From positions 1,316,538-1,380,537 of the forward strand of contig MU004235.1 in NCBI GenBank assembly GCA_010405405.1: DNA of 64,000 nucleotides, given 5' to 3'. This stretch comes from Microthyrium microscopicum. Taxonomy: Eukaryota. Positions 25,901 to 38,485 of this stretch are shown piece after piece (the stretch's first letter is position 1; the number at the start of each line of letters is the position of its first letter). The notes under the pieces were generated by a model, which worked only from the letters and a program-made list of their open reading frames with translations, was not told the DNA's origin and did not search any database. The translations under genes and the position numbers were made by a program.

Positions 25901-26090
25901 TGCGTGCGGATCCTTGAGGGAGAAGATCGGCGTATAGAGTTGGTGGGAAGACGGCGGTGATTTTGGAGGGTGCTTTTTCGAGGTATTTGGACCAGAAAGA
26001 GGCGATGGTGTCTTGGGGTGCTTTGCCTTTTTTGCCGGATGGGCGGGCGCCTGCTGCGCTTTCTGGGCCGGCGCCGTAGTACATTGACAT
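22967..26090 (-). CDS. Calpain-like cysteine protease (peptidase C2) with acidic C-terminal tail
   Basis: Catalytic triad motifs QQGANGDCWWLAA, HAYS and RNPWG; also WLPLLEKAFAKVHGDY and DDGIFWISYEDL. Multi-exon. Confidence 0.92.
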
Positions 26091-26450
26091 GTTGTTCTGG
26101 CTGAGAAATTACCTTTTTAGATTTTTGGAAGGTTGATGACAGCGTAATCAGAGCTTGTGGTGTTCTGTAGTACACAAGCTTGTGCGGCAAGGGAATAGGA
26201 TTTCAATGCTCCTTCAATGCTTCCTTCAGGGGTCGGGATTGGTAGTAAGATGTTGCAGTTTCGAACACGGAGGGGACGTCCCACTACTTCTACTATTTAA
26301 CCATTGCTTACTTTTCTTTAAAAGCCTAGAATAGCCTGATACACCTAAACGCGATGAGGATGCATTGGGTTTGGGGGCCAAACGCCTCAAAATAGAGGTT
26401 GAGCCGTCCATCGTGCAGCCATCCCGCCTCAGCCTCAGTGACGGCGGTTA

Positions 26451-26925
26451 CAGTGCTATTGGAGTTGTCTTCCCCCAGCCCTGAAATTATAAAATGGCGC
26501 TTCAGGGCCTGATTGGAGGGCGAAAGGATCTGAAGAGTACGTTAGTATGCAAATTTAGCGGCGTAGCCCCTTAGATCAATCTTACCAACTCCATCATCTT
26601 CCCAAACAACAATATTATCAGTTCTAAAGCCAAATTTTTGTTGAATATCTTGAATTCTAGTGTTCTAATATATCTTAAAGCTAGTAGCGAGTAGTTTTTA
26701 GTACTAGAATCTTGCTCTTTGCGTCGCGAATATGGCTTCAAAAGCGACCCAAGATATGGTATTTAGGAAGGATAGTTTTTAGGGGCTGCTAATAGGCCGC
26801 GACCGGGAGGCGCCCTACAAATTTACACTGTAACGCCCATCCCGCCCCGAAGATTCACCCAATTACGGCCTGAAGCGCCATTTTATAATTTCAGGGGGTA
26901 GGGGAAGACAACTCCAATAGCACTG
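26451..26925. mobile_element. Non-autonomous Tc1/mariner-type element (475-bp MITE)
   Basis: ~55-65 bp TIRs cagtgctattggagttgtcttcccc...cctgaaattataaaatggcgcttcagg, TA on both flanks (26449-50, 26926-27), AT/TA-rich interior with no ORF. Confidence 0.88.
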
Positions 26926-28265
26926 TAGAAGACTGGGGCCAGCGCAGGGTGGTGATAACACTAATGCATCAGACCTTTCAACATTTCTTGTCAACGAGAA
27001 GAACATCCAGTGAGTTATACTTTAGCTGGTCGTTGGCCGTAACAATTGGACGACCCCGGGTCAATAGATGTAAGCACAAGGGGGGGTTGGGAGAAGTTGT
27101 GGGTCGGCACGAAAGGGACAACAAGGCTGAACGATTTTCAGCCTGATGAAGTCTTTTGTTCGGTGGTTGATTTGCATATCATCTTTCGGTAAATAGTTTT
27201 GACAAACTGATAGTTGTAAGCTCAAATAGGCACCAAATTAAAGTAGAGCTGTTTCATTAAAAGATCATAGAGCAAGAGAGAGGCTCGCATATCAGCAACC
27301 AGAACCTTAAAGATCCTTCTTGAAGGTGGATTTGCAGTGCTTACTGTCAGTTTCGAAAAAGGTCAAGACAATGCCCCATTGAGCGAAATAAAACAACCTA
27401 GTGTGAGAGTTTTCCTAGGTCGTACTGCTTCGGGGTCAAATCTGGTGCACGACACCTAGTCTTTTGCTTGTATCTTCTATAAAATGAATAGAGAATTTAT
27501 AAGAGAGTTGCTAGTGTTGATTCTATATTGTTTTGGTGTCTGCGAATGGACTTTTAGGCGGTATATATGTGTCGCTAGGAGAATGCATACCTACTCGCCG
27601 AGCATCAAAGCAGCTTTAATATAATCGTTGACTTCTCTCCTACTATATCCATTTCCTTGGATTAGCCATATAAGAGGCTGCTATATGAATCTACAGGCCG
27701 AAGTCCAGCACTCTTGAATACCGGCCACGACAGTGAGTCAGTCTCATGACATCTTGATGTGGGTCTCAACCATGTTCCCTGATGGTTGGTTATACAAAGC
27801 CAAAAAGTCAAACTCATACCGCCAGCCATATAACCCTCAAAGAAGTCGATCAGGCCAAGACCCGAAACCACATCCGTACTCCTCATCGCAAGCGTCCTAG
27901 CTCTTTAACCGTACGACAGCCACTAACTTGGCACGAAACCAGAACAACAAACACCAGCCAGCCTCGTCTCATGTACACCACACCATACAATAGACATCGG
28001 CGACGACAGATCGGAACAAAGAAGCGAAGTAGACGGAATATCAATAAAACGAAGAAATCGCTGGCAGCAGGTATTGACACGCCCCCGTTCCCATCGAAAA
28101 ACCATACAAAAAAGCTCAACGCCACGCTCACTCATAAAACATCTTCTCACTCATACTGCCACATTACTCCAACTCCCACTCATCAACATTCCTCAAACTT
28201 CCCATCGTTTTGATCTTTCTCAACGTCTTGACCCTTCTTACCCGACCAGATGCAGCCGACGTCCT

Positions 28266-31200
28266 CTAAGCCGGCGTCTTCTCCCGCCCATGCCTCGCAA
28301 ATCGTCCCAATTTACTAGGCGCCAAACTCGCACTATCTGCCGCCTCCCAGCCTCCACTCAATACTACTTTGCCCTCTCCCTTAGACATTTTGACGACCGT
28401 CTCACTACCTAGTTCCGCGAGACTAACAAGGCCCTCGCCAAGGTCGTCGTCGCGTCCAAGTGTATGGTGTCCCTGTACAAGGACACGCAGTGCAGCGTCC
28501 GGACCAGACGCAAAGCGCGAAGATTCGCCATCGAATTTGACTTCGCCTGATGGAGCACGAATAGCTTTCGTCTTGATGAGTTCGCGGCCAGTAGCGAGTT
28601 TAAGCACGACGCGAACGTTCGCAGCAGGTGGGAAGCCAGATGTGCCAATGACAGAGATATGTGCAAAGCCCGAGTCTGCACCGGCACTACCATTTGGTGA
28701 TGTTGCGCCATTTGGACTGGCTGCCATGCTCACATTCCTACTATGTGGGGTTGCTGGTGGCTGTGGACTATCATAGTCTGCGAGATTTGCGCCAGTTGGC
28801 ATAGGTGGAGGTGTGCCGTTTTGGTCTTCTTCCATGTTATTGGGGTCAAAGTCGCTGCCGGCTCTGCTCTTGCGACGGCGGAACGATTTTCCAAGGAAGG
28901 AGGCGCCTTTGACGACACCGCCGCCGACACCACCAACGACTTTCGTAGCGCCTTTGACTGGTGCGCCGGCGACTTTACCCGCTACGTTGAAAGTGCCGTG
29001 GAAAGTAGATGAGCCTTGACGCGTGCGAGAGATCCAGTCCGGTGTAAAGAGGAGGCGGAGTTTGATGGACCCAGCTTTGTCGCCCTTTTCGCCACTTAGT
29101 GGGAGGTTGATTTCGCGACGCATATACGGTTCGATTGCGGCGAGATCTATCGTAGCTTTGCCGAGGAAATCGTCAGACGCGGCCATGTCCCAGTCAAAGA
29201 CGTGTACTTCCATCTTGGCGGCAGTGCGAGAGCGGACGGCAGTTTCGAAAGTCTCGTTCCATTGCGGGTTGAGTGTCTTATTCTTGCGCTCTGTTTTGTG
29301 GACTTCCTTTTCGTTGAGAATGAATTTGCAGTAGGGGTCGCTGTAACCGTTGCGATCAGCAGCAGGAAGGCCAGAGGCTTCCACAACATCGACGCGCAAT
29401 TGACCCATGTTGCGGAAGCTTTCGCTTGGGTCGAGCTTCATCTTGATGGGGATGAACTTTAGCTTGACAGTGACAGTGCTTTCGGTACCATGGTCGTCTC
29501 TAAGCACTAATGGTGTAGCCGTGTACTGCTGCAGTTAGTAAATGCAGACAAGTGGTTGCTGCTCAACTTACCAAGCATCGTTGAAGAGTCTGGAGCGTAG
29601 GGCCAGACAGTTTTGCAAGAGTTTCGTTGCCCGAACTATCACCTCGATCGACATGCTGCACCAATCTGAGTGTGATTCTGGACTGATCCAACTCTCGAAT
29701 CATAGCATCACCAGCTGGAGAATATTAGTTTTGCCTAGGCACAAAGCGAATCAACTTACTCTCATTGAATTCAAACTGCTTCGTCTTGACCTTGGCGCTA
29801 GAGTGCGAAGGGAAGACGTGATCATCAATGATGACCTCAAGATGGCAATTCGTTCGCTGGAAGTTCCCATCAACGAGCTGGAAGATAAGCAATCCGGATT
29901 CTATAAGCAGTCAGTATCACCGTATAGCTTTGTATGGAGCCAGCAACTTACCATAATCTATGAGATTATCCGCATTAATCGTAATTTTCGGCACTTCGGG
30001 AATGCTCTCCTTTACAGAACCTTTCCCGGCCGTGCCCACGGTTCCCATCGAAAGTTGGCTTGCGCCTGTATTCGTGCGCGCCCTCGTCATCTTCTCTGTA
30101 CTATTCCTGCCACTCTCTGCTGTGCCTGGCCGTGGACTTTCGGGTGCCGTCTTAAGGCTCTCGGAGCTCAATCTAGGTGCTCCAACCTGTTGCTCTGCAA
30201 GCTCTCGCTCGCGCTCCTCCTCATCTGGATCAGCTGTGAGGATAGTAGGGAAGAATGAGCAAGTATAGTTGAGAGTGCCCTTGGGTGAGCGACCAGTGCC
30301 AAGAGATAGTGTCTGAGCAACCATTTTTTGAGAGTGGTTGACAATGTACTCGCCAGTCTCGCCACGCTCGATAAAGTCTTGAATCGGGACTTCAAAGTGG
30401 CCAAGTGAGCGATCGCGGCCCATGCTTTCCTCATCCATGACTTCAAGGGTGAGTTTTTCGCGAGGCGTGTGGACGGGCACGTAAAGGACTTCATCAAAGT
30501 CTGGATTGAGATTGTTTTTCCACGTTACGGTTCGAGCACGCTGAACACCAGAGAGCAAGGCGCGGACGTAGGGATCTGATTTGCCGACAGTTTCCAGGTT
30601 CTTGAGTTCGCGGGCGTTTTTGCAGTATATTCTCATGACGCCAATGGGCTTCATGTATCCACCTGAGCCGCCGAATGCACCTTTGAGATTGACAGGGCGC
30701 CATGTCAGCTTTAGCTTGACTCGGCCAGTTTTGGTGTTGGCTAGATCGAACCATTCCTTGCCTTTGGCGTTGGCATCAAGAAGGTCATCAACTTTGATTG
30801 TGTATTTGGCAATGACAGGATCAGAAGCCAATTCACGGTCATCCTTGATAAGCAGACCAAGCACAGCAGTTCGTCGATCCGTAATCAAGACTTCCTTGCT
30901 GGCTTTGGTCCAGACGGGACTGTTCACACGCTTGAGTTTTTCAGAGAGATGGAATTCTTTTCCATTGAGTAGGAGTACCGCATATGGGTTCAAGAGTCCA
31001 ATTAGACTCTTTTGACCATCCAAATCCTTGGCCTGTTCGACTGTAAATCGCGCGATGCCAGTCATGGTTTCCGGAGGTGGTTCCACGGTACCGTCTTCTA
31101 GCTTTGTTCCCTCCAAGACTGGGAAAAATCGCAAATCACAAGCAATACCACCTCGTGCTTTGCCATTATAGCTGAGTTCGAGTTGTTCGTTCTCATGTTC

Positions 31201-32850
31201 TTCAAGCTCCTCAAAGCGGTCCATAGGGAAAACAGCAGCGCCAAGCTCGCGATCTTTTCGGAATTCGTTGAAATCATAAACATGGAGATTAAGTGTATCC
31301 TTCAGAGATCCAACGAGAATATTGACAGTCTCGTTCCAATGCGGGTTTGCATTTTCCTTGATCGTCTTTGTCCTGCCTAGATCCACACGATCATTGATAC
31401 GGACAGTCGCATATGGATCAACAACACCAGAGAACTGATCCGGGTTCTTGAGTCCTTGAGCGTGGTGGAATGTGACTTGAACAACACCCATTGCCTGATC
31501 AATTGGAGCTCCCGCCAACATCTTGGCGATTTCTATGGGGAATACATTTGGTGAGTACATCATTGGACCCAAGTTGCCGTGAATTTGTTCGAGAATGAAT
31601 CCTTCTAGACCAGGAATAAAGTTGATGTCGAAACCAAAAGTGTCTCCACCGAGAGGTTTGCAAACATAGTCGATGGTCGGCTTTTCCGTAAAGCAGATTT
31701 CGACGCGCTCGATATGTGGATAGTCGAATTGTAGCTTGACTTTGACGCGCATGATGCCTTCACATGCCATGTCTTCCACAATAACATCAAGGCCTTTACT
31801 GACAATACCCTTTCCAAGTCGAACTTCTAGCACAACTTTTGGATTTTGTTTGACCTTGAGTTGGCGATAGGTCATATCGGCCGTGTCATTTGGGTTAAAG
31901 CTGAATTTCCAATCCATGACCACCGTATCGTCTTCCATTTTTGGGTATGTCTTGACATGTTCCAGACGTGGTGGTTTCGTACCAAGGATAAACTTGGTCA
32001 TTTTCAGGCTCTCAATCATCGGCGGTGTAGCCACTGACAGAACCTGATCAACCGATGCGACGATGGTCTTTGCCAGCACCGGCGCATAGATCGGCCAAAA
32101 TTTGACCAAGAAGCTGTTAATCCACTCAAGCGGCTCGGTATCGGTTTCCAGTTTAGCCTTTGCCATCTCGCGCTTTATATCGTCTCGGAAATTACGCCGC
32201 ACCCGACGAATTGACGTGCGATAATATGTACCACATGTAGCCATGATCAAAAAGACCCAGCCGAGTCCACCACCAAGTGTAGCAACAACCCATGACGCCA
32301 GACTAGCGAAAATGATGACACCAGCATTGTAATACCAGTCACCGAAAAACTTGTCTTGTAGTCGTTCTTCGAGCCACGTCGCTTGGTCCGATAGGTTGAC
32401 GTTCATGTCGAGACCTTCAGGTATGCCATCGCCAAATCGCGGTTTCCAGCCAACTCGACTCCAAAAATCGTCGTCGTCTTCCGCTTCAGCAGAGCTTGGT
32501 ACAGCAAGGCTAGCATTTTTATCTTGTTCGCCTTTTGTGTCGATGGCGCCGAGCTTGGCTGGTGGAGGCATATCGTATTGAGGTGGACCTGGATCTGCAT
32601 CGGAGACGAGTGCTGTGGCGGCTTGAGCTTTGAGATTTGGACGGCCAATTGAAGGAGCTTGAGAGCTTATTTGGGCGCGTTTTTCTTCGGGAGAGGAGTT
32701 TGGATCGAATTCGTAGACAGCGGCGCCAGATTTGCGAGCTTCGTCCATGATTGTCTTTTCGGCATCTTTAGCAGTGATGGATGAATTTGGATCTTGTGAA
32801 GCTGAAACGGCAGCTTGTTGTTTGGCCTCTGTGGCCTTTGGAGTGGCCAT
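28266..32850 (-). CDS. TCB1: Tricalbin (ER-plasma membrane tether; TM hairpin, SMP domain, multiple C2 domains)
   Basis: EPLEWINSFLVKFWPIY (SMP), repeated C2 signatures (DPYATV, SDPYVR, SDPYCKF, NPxWNE). Introns between ~29530 and 29950. Paralog number not determinable. Confidence 0.95.
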
Positions 32851-34983
32851 TTCGGCGATGGAGGATAGATATGATAATATCCTAGAATCTTCCGTAGGTA
32901 TTAGGGATTATGTAGGGTTTGCGGTTGGAAGAGAACCCAAGGTATTGAGATGGAGAAGTCAATTGGCGCGGAGTGATGCGTGTTCAGAAGACATGAGCTT
33001 GGTTCGAGATGGAGGAAGTGGCAGCGCAGTAGGAATAGCTGGTGTCGCTGGCTATTCTAGGTAGTAGGGAAGGAGTATCTGGCAATGCAAGGTGGTCGGG
33101 ATGTACTCTAGATGAGCTTGCTGGCTGGGATTAGCTATACGACTCCAATGCGATAGTGTAATCAATGGGGTGAAATACCAACCTGTAACTTGATAGTCCC
33201 AAGGCGATTACCAGTCAACGATGTGTTGGGGTATTGTTGCTTCTTAGAAGAGAAGAGACGAGAGGACAAACGCAATGGTGGTAGGATGAAGTTGTCGGGC
33301 TCGAATTGTTGGAGGACCAAAGAGGCAGGGATTGCAAGAGATTCCAGGATGTTGGTTGGTGTAATAGGTGTAACAGGCAGAGCTCGACCAAAGATACTCT
33401 AGGATTGTCTAAGAGAGAGATTGAACCGGGCTGGGACTCTGGGCTTTCTGGGAAAAGAAGCGGTTGGTCAATGGTCTTGAGATTAACGCTGGCGCTGAGT
33501 TTGATCTGTGCTTCAAGCCTTGTAGCCGATCAGCCTATGACGTTGAAATCCTTCAATAAAGGCACAAGATATTAGAATCAATGCTATTCTCTGCTCTGAA
33601 CAAGTACACCTCAAGTTGTACAACAGATGATAGAAGCGAAGAAAAGAAAAACAGTTAGTAAAGAGAGGAGGTTGGAGAAAGGGTCCATCAAGGGTCAAGA
33701 CTCAAGACGATGAAGCTATCAGCTCCACTCTATCCAGATCAAAGATCCACACCACCAGCGCAAAGCTCCCAAGCTCGCTACCACTTCTGGCCCAGCTCTC
33801 TTGATTTCTTGCTTGCTGAAGAAAGACAGTACAAAAGTGGAGCGTGGGGAAGCTGGAACCAGTCAGGTAGGCCGTGGTTCATTGCCCTTGTTCTCGTCTG
33901 CATATATCGTGCATCCTTTTGCTGCAACACCACGTAAATCTCAGACGGGAACTCAACTGTATACGCTATGTATTCCTCCCGCTCCCGCAGTGAGCTGCTT
34001 AACGAGAGAACTGACAACCGTGTCCAGCTCCTGTTTGCGGATGTGACTGCTGCATATCATTGCCCTTTGGAGCCTGTGTGAATTATCACTACTTCTCAGC
34101 GTCAAGCCTGTGGGAGCCTCCCATCGAGTTTGACATTGTATGATTGAACATACCCTGCCGCAGTCCCAGATGCCGCCATAATACCTGGTCGTCGGGAAGA
34201 TGTACCCAACCCGCTTCTTAAGCAAGAAAAGCCTGTTCCGCTATGAAGTTATCTTCATTTCCTCAACGAGACAGTTATGTCTGCACAAGAAAGGCAAGAT
34301 CGCCATCATAACAATGAAGTCAGTCACTAAAGTACTGTACATTGAGCATGACATTGCCGCTGAAGTCTCGTACTACCTCCGTACCATCTCAGTCACTTCC
34401 AAATATTGTATTTCAATGTCATTTGTTGTGAATATCTCAAAAGATTTATCATAGCATGTCGTAATAACCACGCTCGATGTTCAAATTGCACTGCTACAGC
34501 TCAGGCAAGAAGAGATCTCATCTTTGACCGCAATTAGATGGTCCATTCAGAATTTAGAGAGGCTGTTGCAAGCTCATCAAGCCAAAAACAACTCGATTCT
34601 CATAGTCTTTCAGACTTGTGAAACCCAAACTTGAGGCTCAGTTCTTAAGCATGTTCGCATTTGGCGTGAATTTTCCTGAAGACATCTGACATGGCAGGTT
34701 TGGGCGGTATTGCTAGTGCGATGAGGATGAGAATTACCAAGAACTTTGGCAAAAAACGAAGCCAATAAATCTGTGAGCTTAACAGAAATGACGAAATGGA
34801 ACTTGCCATAAAACAACCTCCAGAATTCAATTAGCTGCGTTGAGGTGACCGATGAAGATATTGTTAGGTTAGAGTCTGGAGTCGTGACTTGTGAGAGTCT
34901 TGAGAGTGAATCGTGATTCTGAAAAGGGAATGCGGAACCGACGCCGACCCCAGTTCAAAGTTGCCAGTTGGAGCCCCTCACTA

Positions 34984-37900
34984 CCCATCGGTTAAGAACA
35001 CGATCGCCGCAGGCGATTAGGGACACCTTAACGAGGAGGACACCTTAATGAGGACTCTATTTACTGTAGATTACTAAATAATTAATCCTATATGCAAATT
35101 ATGATATTATTTAATGCAATTAATATAGGATGTGCCTATAGTACTATTCTATAGCTAGTATTAATTTTAGTAATTAATATTAACTTTTGGGGTATAATCC
35201 TATGTAGTAATTAAGTTATATAGAATATATAAAAATTATAAAATCTTTTAATTTTAATAATAACTAGAACTACCTAAAGTAAATAATACTTAAATTTTAT
35301 AGTAAATATAGTAAATGACGTACGTACTCTTATATTGTACGCTAGGAAGCGTTAAAGTCCTAAACGGTTAGTAGTACTTTAAGATTAATGTCTTTATCGC
35401 TAAAACTAGCTAAAGATTAATATTCTTTATTAGTAATTATATCTAGATTGTTTAGCGCTTTATTACTATAGCGTACTTTAATAAGATCTATAGGAAGCTA
35501 AGGAAGAGTAGGAAGCTATGAATTAAGATACTATTTAATTAGTATATCCTTTTCGTAATTATACTTAGGGCGATTGATTTCTATACCTAAAAGGTTACTA
35601 AAATACTACTACTAAGAGTAGGTTTGAGGGTAATACTACTATGGTAGAGTAAGATCTTTAAACTATAGTAGTAGTAAGTAATTTTAATAGAAATCTGCCT
35701 ATTCGTGCCTCTATATTTTTATTATCTTTTTGTCCTTAGTAGCGCGCATATTTAGAGGCTTAATTTCTTCCTTTTTAACCCTTATTTTATGCTTCTTCTT
35801 TAGTGGCTAAGATTCCTTAGCTACTACCGCCTAAGATGCTTAAATGAGAGTAATTTTAAGCTTAGAATCCTTAAGATCTATAATCTGTGAAGCTTTCAAA
35901 GCTTTCTTGATGGTAGTATTCTTTCGTCTTATAATAATACCCTAAAGATTGGTCCAATTCTAGTTAGCAGCCTTCTTAAACGACTTAACGATAGAGTAAT
36001 AGAAGAGAGAGGGATAAACGTAATTGTGGAGGGCAAGTTAATAAAGAAGCTATAGATCTATAATATAAGGTTAAATTCTATGCTAAGTATTTAGTAATTC
36101 TAACGAGCCTATAATATTATAATCTTAAAGGTTCGTAGCGTAGATAAATCTACCTTTTTAAGCCTATTTCCTAGATCTAGATTTTATTTGTTTATTGTAA
36201 AGTTAAGCTAGATATAAGTTAAAGTAGTAATTAATTAATTGCGTGTAGAGAGAGGCTATTGCTTTAGTAGCTATTAAAAATGTCTTCCTATTTATTCTTC
36301 TTTGTTACTATAGATCTATAGGAACTAAAAATACTAAAGAATGATTCTATGATTGTACCTATATTAACATCTCTTTAAAGATTGCTAAATGCGTTAGAGG
36401 AAGCTAAATCTTAGGTAATTCTATAGCTTTAGGTATTATAGTACGTTTTCTAAACTTCTAAGTCTTCCTATTCTAATTAGGGTGTATTTTTAGGCCTACT
36501 AAAGGATTTACTATAGGTATATGATTAAGTACTAAATAAGAATTAAAGGGCACTATTCCTATATGTCTCTAGGTACTCCTAATATTATTTTTAGTAAAGG
36601 TTTAAGATCTAATATGCTTAATTGCGGTAAAGAAGTGTTATTTATTAAAATTAATAATTCCTTAATAGGCGTAGGTATTAATTTCCTCTAAATGCTAGTA
36701 TTTCTATAGTTGAAAGATATTAATATCTAATAGTTATAGAAAGTGCGTTAAATATAGAGGTAGAAGTAATAATTTGATCTTATTTAGCTTATAGAATAGT
36801 ACGAACTAGTAGGTAAGATAGCTCTTATATTCGTTGATTATTAGAAGCTACTAGCGAGCCTTCTTTCGTGCTTAATCCTTTAGCTAGTATTGCTTTAAAA
36901 GTTGTTAAAAATGCTATATCTAGATAAATCCTAGGTAGTCGTTTAAATAACTACTATCTAATACTACTGTAGCGAAGTTAGTACTCTAGATTTAGTAGTT
37001 TTAAAGCTATTAACTTACTAATCATAATATCTCTTAATATAAGCCTATTGAACTAAGATTTTAAGATAATATGGCTTTTAGTAATAAAAAAAGGCGTAAT
37101 AGTTCTTTTACTAGTAGAATAGGCCTCTACGGACGTTAAATTCTCTTAATTACTAAGCGATTTAATATAATTATAATAGCTATTAAAGAACTTGCGATTA
37201 TTAAGCATAACTACTATCTAGCCTCTTTCTATACTAATTTAAACGCCTATTTTATTTATATTCTACTAATCTTTAGTTAGAATATTATATTTATTAATTA
37301 TCTCTTTATAATTCTAATAGAACTTAGTAATAGCATCTCTATTTATTACCTACTTATAAGCAGCTTTAATAGTAGGTTAAAATCGTAAAGCAAAAGATAA
37401 GCGCTTTATTTAATGGCGAGCCTATTTTGAGCTAACTTAAGGTTGGTTTTGGAAGAGAATATTATTAATATTAAGGATATCTTGTTATAGGATCTCGTTA
37501 GTAGCACTCTATATAAGCTTAACCTAAATAGAGACCCTAATCTTTGCTATAAGGTTAAAATATTGCTTTAGGGTACTTTCTTGCGCTTTAGAGAGTTTTT
37601 ATTAGTTTAATTTGCGTAAAGAATAAGATTTAGCGCGACTAGTATATTATTGGTAAAGTCGTTTAGGGTGAATTAAAGGGAATTTTATAGTAAGGATCTT
37701 CTATATAGTCCTAGGCTATTTATCTTTAAATTCTATAGCTTTTTTAATAGTTACTTCTTTATCTATATATAACGCGTAATTCTGCTTTATTTACTAGGTT
37801 TTTAAAGGTATATTAGTAGTAGTAGAAATAATTATTAAAGTAATAAATTATTAAAAGAGCTAGAATTATTATATTATAAATAGTAGAACTAGAACTGCTT

Positions 37901-38360
37901 TATTATATAAAGTTAGATCTACTAAGAGGGTCTAAGCGTTAAATTCTTATTTATTATAACTACTTTGCTAAAAGTGTATATTATTTTCTAAAAATTTAGT
38001 AGTATATTTAAACGGGTATAAATAAAGTTTAGTAAAAATATGAAAACTATCTAATAATTAGTTGCTAAGTAGTTATAAGGAACGTATAGAAATTAAGAAA
38101 TACCGACCTAATTCTAAGTTGAACTAATGATACTTAACTATTTATACTATAGCTAGTTTTTAAGATATAATTCTTAAAATAATATAGGATTTATAGCTTC
38201 TGCTATGGAATATAATTCCTCTTTTAGAATTTGAAAATATTACGTTTTGGCTACATGGCAGCTATATAAAGCAAAGGGTACAGAAAGAGTCCTCGTTGAG
38301 GTGTCCTCCTCGTTGAGGTGTCCCCGATCGCCTGCGGCGATCGTGTTCTTAACCGATGGG
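34984..38360. mobile_element. RIP-inactivated DNA transposon (3377 bp) with 75-bp TIRs and TA flanks
   Basis: TIRs 34984-35058 and 38286-38360 (cccatcggttaagaacacgatcgccgcaggcgat...ggacacctcaacgagga x2). Extremely AT/TpA-rich interior with no ORF. TA at 34982-83 and 38361-62. Confidence 0.92.
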
Positions 38361-38400
38361 TAGTCTGGCCTGATCCCTATCTGTCGCGCAACCCACCTGC

Positions 38401-38407
38401 TATAAAA
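38401..38407 (+). promoter_or_regulatory. Putative TATA box of the IMPDH gene
   Basis: tataaaa 85 bp upstream of ATG 38486, followed by a pyrimidine-rich tract. Confidence 0.5.
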
Positions 38408-38485
38408 TCAAGCGGTCAAAACTTTTGCTTCCTCTTTTTCTCCTTGGAAAAGACCCAAATAATCAATCTTGACCCCGTCTTCGTT

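Noticed and set aside
28369..32581. Many antisense and overlapping ORFs in tricalbin (likewise in calpain, IMPDH, striatin and 10544-11188)
   Set aside because: Shadow ORFs arising from codon bias of the real genes; no independent motifs.
33700..34900. Possible decayed gene between tricalbin and the transposon
   Set aside because: Only short interrupted frames with no recognisable motif.
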